Assembly: GCA_010093815.1 (NCBI GenBank)
Contig: ML996569.1
Source: Pseudovirgaria hyperparasitica
Lineage: Eukaryota
DNA: 38,950 nucleotides
Reading direction: 5' to 3' (one strand)
How positions within the stretch are numbered: position 1 is the stretch's first letter; every line of letters starts with the position of its first letter. Below, piece by piece: positions 1-13,530 of the stretch. The notes beneath the pieces were generated by a model. That model saw only the letters and a program-made list of their open reading frames with translations. It did no database searches and was not told the DNA's origin. The translations under genes and the position numbers were made by a program.

Positions 1-1861
1 TACTATAAATTAAAGATAGAGAGTAAGAAGACCGGCTTAGAAGAGTAGTTATATAAAGAAAGAAGAACTAATGAATTTAACTACCCCTCTCTAGTCGTAG
101 TACACGTCGCGCTAGGATCGGATAAGTTTAATAAGATAGTAGAGAGATTTAGTAAACTAGACCTTACGTTAATTAAGATAAAGTCCTACTTTACCTCTAA
201 TCCCTTATTCCCATCCCTTAAGAAGTACGAACCTAAGCTACTTTCGGCCATTATTAACTAGTAGGCGCGAAGGCTAAATCTTTTAGTATATCCCTAAGCA
301 CGAGGCATGCCCATAGAACTAACATAAGTTTATCTATAGAATTATATATAGAATAGAGAATACGTCTCTACCCGAGACTCCTAAGGAGGTATTATAGCCT
401 AGGATAGGCCTTAAAGACCAATTATATACATTACGTACGGAGGAGATCACCTAATATATAGATATCCGGAGATAGTAGAATATATTAGAGACGGATTACT
501 AAATATTAACGGGGTACGAGTATTCTAAGGGCGTTTCGGGGCGAATAGAGAAGAAATCCTATTACTACCCTCCTTAGTAGAGCTATAAGCTACTCTATAA
601 GCTATCCGGAACTACGTAGTAACGGTTTAAAACGGTCTAAGCTAGTGCGGAGGAGGAGTAAAGGTTTCTACGTCCGTAGTAAATATTAACGCTTTATAGA
701 GAGTACTAGTATATAGTATTAGTATAAAACCTACGAAGGGTCTCTACTAGGCCTTAGCGGATAGTAATTTAGAAGAAGAAGTTATATCGCCCGAGAGTAA
801 GAAAGATAGATATATAGAATTCTATAAACGCTTCGACGTGGCTAGTAATAGATATATCCACGAGGAGATAGCTCTAGAAGAGCCCGCTATACTTATAATA
901 TCTAGAAGGGGGATTACGAAGAGTATACCTAATTATACTAAGAAAAGAAAGATCGCCTATCTCTACGGAATGCGTGAAGGGTAGTATATAAGAATTATCG
1001 AGAAATAGAAGGACGGCGAGAAGAGTAGCGACTAGAGAACGTCTAAATAAGAGCCAACGGCGCTAGAGGATAAGATAGATAAAGGGGATAGCCTAAATCC
1101 TAGTTAAAAGGTATATATCTAAGGCGTTAAGCTTAATAACTATCTACGCGAAGGATAGCGGCTAAGCATAGAAGCTAGCGAAGTATAGCTAGTGCGCGTT
1201 CTAGGGATAACTATAAATATTACTATTAGCGAACTATTTAGCCTTAATAGTAACTTATATCGTACGGTATTTAAGAAGGGCGCCCTTGACTTTATAGCTA
1301 GAGAGGTCCGTAAGGCTCGAGAAGAGAAAGCCGAGAAGAAAGGAAGAAATGACCATACTATAGCTCCCGAGATAAATAAACTTAATATATTAGCACCCCT
1401 CTATACCACGGGGACGGCTATTATATAATAAGATATTAATTAGCTTAAGGAAGGGATAGTAAGACTAGTACCCGAGTATCTAAGATACCCCGTGGAAGTT
1501 AGTCCTAAAAGGGCGACTAGTATAGTACTATTTAATAGTGGCGTATAGGTAAATAGTATTCGACTAGATACTATAAGGCGTCTTAGGCTAGCGATATCTT
1601 CGCTTCTACTATATATAAAGAACTCGAGTTTAGTTAGCGCTACTTAGTATAGTACTCTATTCGTAGGAATAGTATAGTAATACCCTATCCGCATAGGTTA
1701 GATTATTACGGCTACTTCGATATTTATATATAGCGAACTTAATTATAACCTTATCCTAGAGGAGCCATATACTAGATAGGCCTTACTTACGGTATAGAGG
1801 TTAGCCTCTAGGTAAGTACTCTTAATAGTCTACTCCGTATATAGATAAGAATATATAACCT
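1..1861 (+). mobile_element. Gypsy family A internal fragment (gag 3' part with zinc knuckle, plus aspartic protease), RIP-degenerate
   Basis: Colinear with 7738-9598, differing mainly by C>T/G>A. Protease motif VLF[N<D]SG[V<A][*<Q]VN at ~1525-1555; CCHC-like knuckle at ~425-470. Confidence 0.9.
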
Positions 1862-2846
1862 NNNNNNNNNNNNNNNNNNNNNNNNNNNNNNNNNNNNNNN
1901 NNNNNNNNNNNNNNNNNNNNNNNNNNNNNNNNNNNNNNNNNNNNNNNNNNNNNNNNNNNNNNNNNNNNNNNNNNNNNNNNNNNNNNNNNNNNNNNNNNNN
2001 NNNNNNNNNNNNNNNNNNNNNNNNNNNNNNNNNNNNNNNNNNNNNNNNNNNNNNNNNNNNNNNNNNNNNNNNNNNNNNNNNNNNNNNNNNNNNNNNNNNN
2101 NNNNNNNNNNNNNNNNNNNNNNNNNNNNNNNNNNNNNNNNNNNNNNNNNNNNNNNNNNNNNNNNNNNNNNNNNNNNNNNNNNNNNNNNNNNNNNNNNNNN
2201 NNNNNNNNNNNNNNNNNNNNNNNNNNNNNNNNNNNNNNNNNNNNNNNNNNNNNNNNNNNNNNNNNNNNNNNNNNNNNNNNNNNNNNNNNNNNNNNNNNNN
2301 NNNNNNNNNNNNNNNNNNNNNNNNNNNNNNNNNNNNNNNNNNNNNNNNNNNNNNNNNNNNNNNNNNNNNNNNNNNNNNNNNNNNNNNNNNNNNNNNNNNN
2401 NNNNNNNNNNNNNNNNNNNNNNNNNNNNNNNNNNNNNNNNNNNNNNNNNNNNNNNNNNNNNNNNNNNNNNNNNNNNNNNNNNNNNNNNNNNNNNNNNNNN
2501 NNNNNNNNNNNNNNNNNNNNNNNNNNNNNNNNNNNNNNNNNNNNNNNNNNNNNNNNNNNNNNNNNNNNNNNNNNNNNNNNNNNNNNNNNNNNNNNNNNNN
2601 NNNNNNNNNNNNNNNNNNNNNNNNNNNNNNNNNNNNNNNNNNNNNNNNNNNNNNNNNNNNNNNNNNNNNNNNNNNNNNNNNNNNNNNNNNNNNNNNNNNN
2701 NNNNNNNNNNNNNNNNNNNNNNNNNNNNNNNNNNNNNNNNNNNNNNNNNNNNNNNNNNNNNNNNNNNNNNNNNNNNNNNNNNNNNNNNNNNNNNNNNNNN
2801 NNNNNNNNNNNNNNNNNNNNNNNNNNNNNNNNNNNNNNNNNNNNNN
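1862..2846. other. Assembly gap (N run)
   Basis: 985 consecutive N. Confidence 1.
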
Positions 2847-3052
2847 GTAGAGTAGTACTCTATAGGCCTATGCCTCCTCTAGTCTAAGCCACTATATAAG
2901 AAGAAACCCCATAGGGAAAAACTTCCTTATATCTATAACTATATCTCGTTAAATCTCTATTTTATCTTAAGTATATAGCTATAGGGTACGCCTATTAGCC
3001 TATAGCCTATATTACTATTATTTTACCCTTAGGTAGCACGTATAGGTGCGGA

Positions 3053-3087
3053 GGTTATTAGTTAAGGGCTACCCTTAACTAATAATC
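3053..3087. repeat. ~35-bp palindrome, copy 1 (LINE L1 ORF2 end)
   Basis: TTATTAGTTAAGGG-CTA-CCCTTAACTAATAA, with 14-bp perfect arms. Confidence 0.97.
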
Positions 3088-6000
3088 GGGGTTCTCCTAG
3101 GGTTCTTCCGGTATATATCGGGTTACTACTAGCGTATACCGGGTCTCTTCTAGTATATATTTCTAGGTCCACTAGTACTAGAGGAGTAGTAGATATATAA
3201 GTATCTATTAGGAGACGTCCTTAGGGTACTTATTAAGCTATTATATAACATCTAAAGTCTTCGTAACGTGGATAAGCCATTACCGTTATATATAGAGGTT
3301 AGGGTATATAGCTAGATAGTGGCGTATTATACCTCTCCGGCCATACGCCTTATACTATAGGGAGGTATCAGGAACGCCTCTCTTATAGATATAGTATAGG
3401 AGTTCTATAGCGCCCGTTCGGGCTTAGATAAGTATAGATGCTTAGGCTTTCGTTAGCCCTTTATATATCTATTTACTTAGTTCCTTCTATAGCCCTCGAA
3501 TCTACTCTAGGTACCTATCCTACTAGAAGGTCTAGTAGGTATAGAGTGTCTCTTTCTACTTATCTTAAGTCCACGACCGTATGTTTTTCACGAGTTCTTA
3601 AAGGCTCTACTAGTCTAGGAGAGCGTCCGGGTTATCTCGGACTTCTTATACTACTTAGCTAGAGTCGGCTTCTATTAAGCATCTATACTATATTCGATTC
3701 CGGCCTATATATAGGAGTGCGCGGTAATATATACTAATTCGTATATATAGCGCGGCGAAAGTATATTCTACGTTTCCTATACGTTCCTATACTTATTATT
3801 TAGTAAAGTATACTACCCTCTATATCTAGTAGAAGTTATATATACTTATAACGTCTATCTCGCGTCGTAGTAGTACCGTGTTAGTAGCTTTATATACGCC
3901 TAATATAAGACGGAGTATACGGTTCTATATGGATTTAAGCTTTATTCGCCTAGTCTATATAAGGGCCGTATACTAGTACTCGTATCCGTACGTGAAGGCG
4001 GGTCGTACTATAGATATATATAGCTGGCGTGCCTTATCCCGGGCGGTTCCCTACGTGGAGACTATAATCCGTTATATAGCGGCTTCTACCCGGAGGGCCC
4101 TAGAGACGGCGTATACTACTTATGGTCCCTATTTAAGCTTACTATCTAGTATGACTCCGAGCGCGCGCATGCTTTATACTAGTAGTTTATTAAATGCGTC
4201 GATTCGGGGGCGTTGTTCGCCTTCCCTAGTTACCTATTTCCCTTAATAATTAATAAAGTGCATGAGCTGGTATTTCTCCGGGGCGAACTTTACTCCGTGG
4301 CGTTTTATCTACTAGAGGCACCTCTCGTAGTCCTATTCTAGTCGTCTATATGTTCGGTTAGTATTATTATTAATAGCTAGGAGGTATATATTATTAGCGT
4401 ATCTAACTATCTCTATATACTCTATTTCTTAAAGAAGATCTACTATAAAGAAGAGGAATAGAATCGGAGAGATGGTGCTCCCTTATAGGATGCCGTATAC
4501 CGTCTCTTTGTATTCGCTCTAGTACCTAGAAATATATATCTAAGTTATTCTTTCTATAAGGAATGACTATATAAAGCGTATAATCTATTCTAGTATTCGT
4601 CTTATCCGGAGGTTATAAATAAGTCTTATATGGTTTACCTTATTAAACGCTCTAGCTATATTAAGGGAGAGGAGCGATACTACCCGTCCCTATTTCTATA
4701 CGGCCTAGACGACTTCAATAATATATTAGATAGCTATTATTAGAGAGCTATCTACCTTTGCCTTCTGGTTCGGAGGGAGGAGATTATGTTCCTATACCGC
4801 GGTACTTATCTTCTTCACTATCATAGCCTCTAGTATCTTACCTAGATAGGAGAGAAGGGCGATTAGTCTCTATCCCTTTAGGGAGTTAGGGCTCTTTCCT
4901 AGTTTCGGGAGTATAATAGTATAGGCGACTTAGAAGCTCTAGGGGTAGTACCCCTATATGACGTATACTTAGAATATACAAGTAATAAGCGGTAGGGTCG
5001 CTTTTATAGTACTTTTTAGACATCGATTTAGAATTCCATCTAGTCCGGGTACTTTATCATTTAGGAGTATCTTAATAATATTAAGTATATCCTCCTCCGT
5101 AACTTCTTCGGGAATATCTACCGTATATAGATATTCGGCGCCGTGAACATCTAATAGGTCTACTAGTTCCGGGAGAGGGAACATGGCCTCCCATAGGGCC
5201 TTAGTTTTCTTAAGGCTCGTGGAGTATATTCTCCCCTAATATATTAGGGGAGGCATAAGTAGCGGGGGTATCGGAGTGTCTACGCCCTTAGCCTATTTCG
5301 CTATACGCCATAGCCCTATTACGTATCGTGTCTATTAACTAGTAATTATACGCTACTATTTACGCCTTTTATTACGGAGGACTTTATCGCGTTATCGTAT
5401 CACTTCCTTCTATTCTTTCTATGACTCGGGTGTTCTCGTACGGTATACGCGTCTATATAGCCTTCGGGCGTCTTATCTACTTTCCCGTACTTAAGGAATC
5501 TCCTTTACTTCCGGGGGCCGGTATATTCGGTATAGTACGTGTTTATTTCTTATATTCTAGTATATTTATAGGAGTGTCTATACGGCCTAGTCTATGGCTA
5601 GATCGTTAGATATATCGACTATAGAGGGATCTAGGATCGCCGATTCTAGGTCCTTCAGGTACTTTTCCTAGTCGGTGTCCTTCTATATCTATCATCCCCG
5701 TTATTCGTTCGGGGTATATACGTTTATTACGGTTTCCATGTATTCATGGTCGGAATCCGTCTATACCTAGCCTAGGCGGTAGTATTAGATCCGGTAACTA
5801 ATATACTCCGTAGCGAAGGTAAGGTTAAGCGTAGACCCGTCTTTATCCTATTTATATTTTTTCTATATAACTTATCCTATAGGTGTAAGTAGATATAGGA
5901 AGTCGTGGTAGCGGGTACGTAGTTCCCTTACTCTAAGTTCTTCCCTAACCACGGCTAGACCTCCTTCCCATTAGTAGTAGAGGTTAAAGTCTCCTAGGAG

Positions 6001-6218
6001 GATATATTACCCTGGTTCCGTGGTACCCTCGAGTATCTCGTCTAGTATAAGTACACGTTATTAGTTATATATGTTATATATATATAGGGGGCCTATATCT
6101 ATTTATAGGTATAGTGTTATCCTAAGGTTATCGCGCTTAGTATACGACTATAATAAGAGTAGTATTAACCTATGAATGTAGAAGAGGACTCGTCTTTCTA
6201 GTCCTAGAGGGTATATAG
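3079..6218 (-). pseudogene. LINE ORF2 (AP endonuclease - reverse transcriptase - CCHC), RIP-inactivated, N-terminus missing
   Basis: Endonuclease motifs LLGDFN.. and SDH, the RT YADD box, and a C-terminal Cys/His knuckle. Ends ...ENPDY* inside the palindrome. Confidence 0.85.
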
Positions 6219-6590
6219 TGTGGAAGGCCGCTCCTGTAGCCCTACATGTATGTGTCCCTAGCTCGATCACATGGCTTCATTGTATATTTAAGGAGGGCGT
6301 TTTCCTTGGTCATTCTACTCGGCGCGCTCCCCCCATTACTAATATTCGACTATTCGACCTTTTCTTACGTTCATAGGCCTCTATAGGTATTGATTATTAG
6401 GCTTAGCTATTAAAGAATTGATTAAGAGTATTATATAGACCCGTCCTATTATAAAAGAGAACTAATAAGAAGTCGTACGTTCAAAGAGAACTCATAATAC
6501 CTGGGAGAGATACTTGTAAGTTCGTCGCGACTACTATACTAGGAACATAGCCATTTATAAAAGGGATACACGTGGCGATAGCTTACCATA
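6219..6590 (+). repeat. Gypsy A 5' LTR (372 bp)
   Basis: Starts TGTGG and ends CCATA (<CCACA). Direct repeat of 17189-17560 with the same length. Confidence 0.93.
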
Positions 6591-6594
6591 ATTT

Positions 6595-6611
6595 TAGAGG
6601 TCGTACCCGGA
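6595..6611 (+). promoter_or_regulatory. Primer binding site, probably complementary to the tRNA-Gln 3' end
   Basis: TAG(<TGG)AGGTCGTACCCGGA, 4 nt after the LTR. Resembles the complement of fungal tRNA-Gln ends (...CCGGGYNNGACCT-CCA), recalled rather than aligned. Confidence 0.6.
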
Positions 6612-7227
6612 CTATAAACTTATAGGGAGAGATTAGGACTCCGAAACTAGCTTAGGGGAAGTATATAGCGTGCCTAATAAGGTAGTCTAGAGTTACTAGA
6701 TCGAAGCCACGAGTCCGGAAAACAGGGAGTCTAGAGTCGCTAGGGGCTAGCCTCTTAAAAGTAGCCGTAAAAAGCATGCGTATACTAACACGGGTAATAG
6801 CGCGACTCGAAAATGTCTTAGGGGAATAGGATATAAAACAGGGCTAGATAAAGCAGTAAAGAAGAGTTTAAAAATGATAAATATAACCTATTTAGTGCTA
6901 CCATAGCTGTTATTTATAAATACGGCCATACGAGTATACTACTTTAGGAACGCCTTATACGAAGATAATAATATAAGTAGAATACCGTGAACCTTATATT
7001 AATAAAGACGATAGTAATAGTTCACCTTATAAAGGGATTAGTTAACATGGAGAAGGGATGATAGGTGTTATAGGTAGACGCATTAGGCCAACCTTTAGTT
7101 AAGGTAATCCCTTGACTAATAACCTTACCCCCAGCGTCTCTACTAGTATACCTACTACTAGTAATAGTGCGATAGGAGCTTAAAATAACGACCTAGTAAC
7201 TCGTAGAGAGATACTTAACTTCTTCGT
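6612..7227 (+). mobile_element. Gypsy A leader and probable start of gag
   Basis: Follows the LTR and PBS. A Ser/Thr-rich frame with only RIP-type stops runs at ~7082-7227. Confidence 0.65.
7095..7124. repeat. Degenerate palindrome copy (Gypsy A gag region)
   Basis: TTAGTTAAGG-TAATC-CCTTGACTAATAACC. Retains the G of CTTGAC; reads S[*<Q]GNPLTNN. Confidence 0.75.
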
Positions 7228-7737
7228 NNNNNNNNNNNNNNNNNNNNNNNNNNNNNNNNNNNNNNNNNNNNNNNNNNNNNNNNNNNNNNNNNNNNNNNNN
7301 NNNNNNNNNNNNNNNNNNNNNNNNNNNNNNNNNNNNNNNNNNNNNNNNNNNNNNNNNNNNNNNNNNNNNNNNNNNNNNNNNNNNNNNNNNNNNNNNNNNN
7401 NNNNNNNNNNNNNNNNNNNNNNNNNNNNNNNNNNNNNNNNNNNNNNNNNNNNNNNNNNNNNNNNNNNNNNNNNNNNNNNNNNNNNNNNNNNNNNNNNNNN
7501 NNNNNNNNNNNNNNNNNNNNNNNNNNNNNNNNNNNNNNNNNNNNNNNNNNNNNNNNNNNNNNNNNNNNNNNNNNNNNNNNNNNNNNNNNNNNNNNNNNNN
7601 NNNNNNNNNNNNNNNNNNNNNNNNNNNNNNNNNNNNNNNNNNNNNNNNNNNNNNNNNNNNNNNNNNNNNNNNNNNNNNNNNNNNNNNNNNNNNNNNNNNN
7701 NNNNNNNNNNNNNNNNNNNNNNNNNNNNNNNNNNNNN
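7228..7737. other. Assembly gap (N run)
   Basis: 510 consecutive N. Confidence 1.
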
Positions 7738-10700
7738 TACTATAAATTAAAGATAGAGAGTAAGAAGACCGGCTTAGAAGAGTAGTTATATAAAGAAAGA
7801 AGAACTAATGAATTTAACTACCCCTCTCTAGTTGTAGTACACGTCACGCTAGAATCGGATAAGTTTAACGAGATAGTAGAGAGATTTAGTAAACTAGACC
7901 TCACGTTAATTAAGATAAAGTCCTACTTTACCTCTAATCTCTTATTCCTATCCCTTAAGAAGTACGAACCTAAGCTACTTTTAGCCATTATTAACTAGTA
8001 GGCGCGAAGGCTAAATCTTTTAGCACATCTCTAAGCACGAGGCATGCCTATAGAACTAACGCAAGTTTATCCATAGAATTATATATAGAATAGAGAATAC
8101 GTCTCTACCCGAGACTCCTAAGGAGGCGTTATAGCCTAGGATAGACCTTAAAGACCAATTATATATATCACGTGCAGAGGAGATTACCTAATATATAGAT
8201 GTCCGGAGATGGTAGGATATATTAGAGATAGATTACTAAATATTAATAGGGTATAAGTATTCCGAGGGCGTTTCGGGGCGAACGGAGAAGAAATCCTATT
8301 ACTACCCTTCTTAGTAGGGCTATAAGCTACTCTATAAGCTATCCGGAACTACGTAGTAATGGTTTAAAACGGCCTAAGCTAGTACGGAGGAGGAGTAAAG
8401 GTTTCCACGTCTATAGTAAACATTAACGCTTTATAGGGGGTACTAGTATATAGTATTAGTATAAAATCTACGAAGGGTCCCTACTAGGCCTTAGCGGATA
8501 GCGATTCGGAAGAAGAAGTTATATCGCCCGAGAGTAAGAAAGATAGATATATAGAATTCCACGAACGCTTCGACGTGGCTAGTAACAGATATATCCGTAA
8601 GGAGATAGCCCTAGAAGAGCCCGCTATGCTCGTAATATCTAGAAGGGGGATTATAAAGAGTACACCTAATCATACTAAGGAAAGAAAGATCGCCCGTCTC
8701 TACGGAATGCGTGAAGGGTAGTATATAAGGATTATTAAGGAATAGGAGGACGGCGAGAAGAGTAGCGACTAGGGAATATCTAAATAAGAGCTAACGGCGC
8801 CGGAGGATAAGATAGATAAAGGGGATAGCCTAAATCCTAGTTAAAAGGCATGTATCCGAGGCGTTAAGCTTAATAACTATCTACGTAAAGGATAGCGGCT
8901 AAGTATAGAAGCTAGCGAAGCATAGCTAGTGCGCGTTCTAGGGATAACTATAAATATTACTATTAGCGAACTATTAAGCCTTAATAGCAACTTACGTTAT
9001 ACGGTATTCAAGAAGGGCGCCCCCGACTTTATAGCTAGAGAGGTCCGTAAGGCTCGAGAAGAGAAAGCCGAGAAGAAAGAAAGAAACGACTATACTATAG
9101 CTCCCGAGATAAATAAACTTAATATATTAGTACCCCTCTATACTATAGGGATAGCTATCACGTAACGAGATATTAATTAGCTTAAGAAAGGGATAGTAAG
9201 GCTAGTGGCCGAGTATCCGAGGTACCCTATAGAAGTTAGTTCTAAAAGGGCGACTAGTATAGTACTATTCGATAGTAGCGTATAGATAAATAGTATTCGA
9301 CTAGATGCTACGAGGCGTCTCAGGCTAGCGATATCTTTACTTCTACTATATATAAAGAACTTAAGTTTAGTTAGCGCTACTTAGTATAGTACTCTATTCG
9401 TGGGAATAGTATAGTAATACCCTATCTATATAGGTCGGATCGTTACGGCCACTTTAATATTTATATATAGCGAACTTAATTATAACCTTATCCTAGGGGA
9501 GCTATATACTAGATAGGCCTTACTTACGGTGTAGAGGTTAGCCTCTAGGTAAGTACTCTTAATAGTCTACTCCGTATATAGATAAGAACGTATAACCTTT
9601 AAAACTAGTCTAGATAAGTATATTCTAGTCTTAGAGAAGAAGGGTAACTCCATAGCTAGAGACTAACTATATAGCGGAGTATATCGCCGGAAGCCGGAGT
9701 TAAGCCGGATTATTAGTTAAGGGCTACCCTTAACTAATAATCCGTACTAAATGGGGTCCGGTAAACCTACTAATAAAGAGGATAGGCTATATTTTTATAC
9801 GGATATAGAAATAAGTTATATAGAGTTGCTTTCCGAGAAAATCCGGCCTAAAAATATTACTCGGTTATCGAGAAAAGATAACTTAGCCGCCCTAGTTACG
9901 GCGGTAAGGTACGCTACCTTCGTATATAAATAAGGTATAATAATAGAATAGCTTATAGTAGGCTCCACCGGCCTCTAAAGATAGTATTTATCTAGGGTAT
10001 TAAAGGGATTTAGTATAGCTACTATATATAAAAGAAAGGGAGTTAAAGTGTACCCTATGGATGACTCCGAAGCCTACCGAAAGGTTCCTAGGAATCTATT
10101 AGGGTATCTAGACTAGCGTAAACGAGTAATCGCACGGTAGGCACTTCTTCTAGCTATCTATCTAGGCCTTAACGCGTTTAATAGGCTAATAGAGCCTCGA
10201 AGGGTAACTATCCCGCTAGGAATACGTCTAACGCCTCTACGTATAAGTTAGCTAAAGATTAGAATAGAGCTATATCCTACGGAACTTAAGTTACTATATA
10301 TAATCTTATTACATCGCGAGGAAGTACTAGCATGGGAATTCTTATACCTTAGTAAATTTAACGAAGAGGTGGCACCTCCGTAGGAGATCCGAACGGTAGA
10401 ATATAAGGTATAGTAGGCTAAGAACTTTAATATTCCTAGAGCCCTTTATAGAAAGGTACTCACGATCCTAAAAGAGCGTCTTAATAGTAGAAGGCTCGAG
10501 CCCTATAGTAGTCCTTATCGAAACGCCTATTTTCTCGTGGAAAAGAAGAAGAAAGCCAATAAGGAACGAGATCATAGGTTAATTAATTCGGCGATAGAAA
10601 TCAACCGAGTCACTATTCGTAATGCGGCTACGCCGCCCTCATATAAAGAGTTCTTAGAGTACTTTATAGGGATGGCCGTCTTAACGTTTACCGACTTCTT

Positions 10701-13377
10701 CTTAGAATATAATTAGATTCTATTAGTAGAGTATTACCGAGACTTAATAGGGTTTATAACGCCCCTAGGATTGCTATACGAGATAATATTACCTTAAGGG
10801 GCCACTAATTCAGTAGCTTAGTTCGTTAGGATTATGTTAACTATTATATAAGAATACATCCCGGAGAGGGCTCTGCCATTTCTAGATGACTTAGGTATTA
10901 AAGGACCTACGACGAAATATAACTCTAAGGAGGCCCTGCCTAGAATTCGTAGGTATATCCTAGAATATTTAATTAACGTGGATAAGGTTCTCGCGGATAT
11001 AGAGCGCGCCGGATACGCCCTAAGTAGTAAGAAGACTTAGTAGTATATTAAAGCCGCTAACGTTATAGAATACGTCTACGATATTAAAGGGAGGCGACTA
11101 AGTAATAAAAAGGTTACTACTATTAGGGACTAGAAACCCTATAAAAACACGACGAATATGCGAGCCTTCCTTAGCGTTTATATATATTTCTAGATATAGA
11201 TCCCCGGGTACGCTATTATCGCATCGCCGCTATTTACACTATTAAAGAATAAATCGGCCTAGTAGTAGATAGCTAAGGAGTAGACCTCGATGGACGCGCT
11301 AAAGATAGCTCTAACCACTGCTCCCGTACTAATAACGTTATAGTACGGGATAGATATAGGAGATATAATCCTAGTAGTAGACTCTAGTAACGTTAGGTAG
11401 GGAGCTACGTTAATATAGGAGAACGAGGATTATAAATATTAGCCATCGCGGTATAATAGAGAAATATAGTTAAAAGCTAAGAGAAACTACGACACCGTGA
11501 AGCTAGAGTGCCGAGCCCTCCTCTACGCGTTATAGAAGTTCCGGTAATACCTCTATAGCACGCACTTTATTATAGAAATAGACGCGAATACTCTAGTCGC
11601 TTAAATCAACCGTACTATAACTAACTTACTAGGGGCGCTCGTTACTAGGTGGCTCGCGTGGATTTAGCTATAGAACTTTATAGTTAGGCACGTACCTAGG
11701 AAGCGTAACGTAGTCGCCGACGGTATCTCACGGATATACGAAGGAGAAGAACCACTAGACGTCCCTACCTTTAACCTAGACGAGTTCGTGGACATGGCTC
11801 TATATATAGACGTGCTAGAGATATTATTAATTAAGCCCGTTAGCGGGAGAGATTACACGATAGGGATACTCGACTATACCGCCATTAAGTCTCCCTTAAT
11901 AGATAAATATAGTAATAAATGGTAGAGGATTACGAAGTACCTTACTATACTTAAGAGGCTAACTAACCTAACCGACCGAGCGTATAAGGCCTTTATAACT
12001 AACTGCCTAAAGTTCCTCGTGCGTGACCGAATACTCTAGCGGAGAGGAGATAGGCATTACTAATATACACGAGTAATTAAGGATCCGAATACTAGGGCGC
12101 GTATAATTACCGCCACTTATAATAAGATAGATTATAGAGGTAGCGAAGGGACCCTCGGAAGGATTAAGGATAAGTATTAGTAGATAGATATACGTAGAGA
12201 CGTGCGATAGCACGTAAAAACCTATAATAAATATTAACGACGAAGTAAACTCCTCGGAGGTCTTAATAAAGGGCTCCACCACGTTATAACGCCTATTCTT
12301 TAGTAAAGAATATACTTGGACATAATAACGCTACCACCTTCCATAGGGTATAGTAAAGTAGTATCTATATAAGAATAGCTAAGCGGATAGACTAAGGCGG
12401 AGGCATGTACGGCGGCCACGTCTATAGTTATTATAAAGTTCCTCTTTAAGAACGTAATCTATAGATACGGAATCATTTCTAAAATCACCTATAACGGTGG
12501 TAGAGAAAATATAGGTGCCATAGAGGAGCTCCTCTAACTCTATAGAATTTATTAGAAGGTTACGTCTACGTATAATCCCCGAGTAAATAGGATTATCGAG
12601 AGAAGTTTTATACTACTCGCTAATGCTCTCGCGAAGATAACTAATGGCGGATTCAAGAACTAGCCCGGCTACCTCTATATGGTCGTCTAGATAGATAGAA
12701 TAACGACACGTGCTAGCATAGGGTATAGTACTATATACCTCGTGCTCGGCCATAAACCAATCATGCCTATCGAAGTCGAATTCAAGTTGCTCCGAATACT
12801 CCCTTAGGACGAGGTGCAATTAACGTCCGACTTACTCGCTCTTCGAGCTAGATAACTTAAGAGAAGATCCGAGGATCTTAAGAAGGCCCATGCCCATGCG
12901 ATACGAACGCGTAAGGAATCGAGAGAGATATAGAATAATAACTATTACCTTTATTAAGAGTCGTTACTAGTTAATACGATTATCCTTCTTTACGACTCGT
13001 AGTAATAGAAGGATATAGAGCGGAAGCTAAGGTAGCATTAGAGGGAGCCATATAAAATCCAGTCCGTGTTTAATTATACTTATAAGCTCGCGGAGCTTAA
13101 TAGAGCCATACTTAGAGAGACGTTTCCTAGCTATAGGTTAAAGAAATATTTTATAAGAAATATAAGTAATAAGAGTTACGATAAGCCCTTACGACTACTA
13201 ATTAGAAGAATTACCGAGGAAAATAAGGAGAGTAGCGATAAGGAAAACTATTATAAATAACTTACGGAATACCTTGACGACGCTACACGAACCCGGGTAA
13301 AAGTGGTAATTCCTACTCCGTAAGACTTTAATAGAGAAGAATATTTACGTTTCCCTAGAATTAATATCTCCTTCTAG
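7738..13377 (+). pseudogene. Gypsy A single-frame gag-pol (zinc knuckle, protease, RT, RNase H, integrase; no chromodomain), probably Ylt1-like
   Basis: All motifs are in frame +1: knuckle ~8164-8202, protease FDS[S<G] ~9268, RT PFLDDLGIKGPTTKY 10876-10920, RNase H VDSS..G ~11380, integrase HVKT[C]..[C] ~12211 and DDE core, GPY-like motif ~13045. Confidence 0.92.
9706..9744. repeat. Palindrome copy 2 (39 bp), in frame within the Gypsy A protease-RT linker
   Basis: CGGATTATTAGTTAAGGG-CTA-CCCTTAACTAATAATCCG, with 18-bp perfect arms. Reads RIIS[*<Q]GLPLTNNP in the pol frame. Confidence 0.97.
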
Positions 13378-13394
13378 GGGATAGAAGTTTTTTT

Positions 13395-13408
13395 AAGGAG
13401 GGAAGGAA
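13395..13408 (+). promoter_or_regulatory. PPT-like purine tract right after pol, not followed by an LTR
   Basis: TTTTTTT-AAGGAGGGAAGGAA about 20 bp after the pol end; the 3' LTR is 3.8 kb downstream. Confidence 0.6.
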
Positions 13409-13430
13409 TACTTATAAAAGTAGTCTTATA

Positions 13431-13530
13431 ACGATAAACTCTATTATCGAAAAAGGACGATAAACTCTATCATCGAAAGAGGATAATAAACCCTATTATC
13501 ACTATAAAATAATAAAACTTATTATTAAAG
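13431..13530. repeat. 26-bp tandem repeat, ~3.8 units, decaying rightwards
   Basis: ACGATAAACTCTATTATCGAAAAAGG / ACGATAAACTCTATCATCGAAAGAGG / ATAATAAACCCTATTATCACTATAAA / partial fourth. Unit 1 has an internal CGATAA..TTATCG dyad. Confidence 0.85.

Larger units (their letters stand above)
2847..6218 (-). mobile_element. Tad-like LINE, subfamily 1 (copy L1), cut at its 5' side by the Gypsy A LTR
   Basis: Colinear with 20357-23730 and near-identical, apart from transitions, to 37804-38950. RT motif Y-A-[N<D]-[N<D] at ~4391-4402. The ORF track shows an RT fragment, KVPGLDGILNRCLK (4969-5184, minus). Confidence 0.92.
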
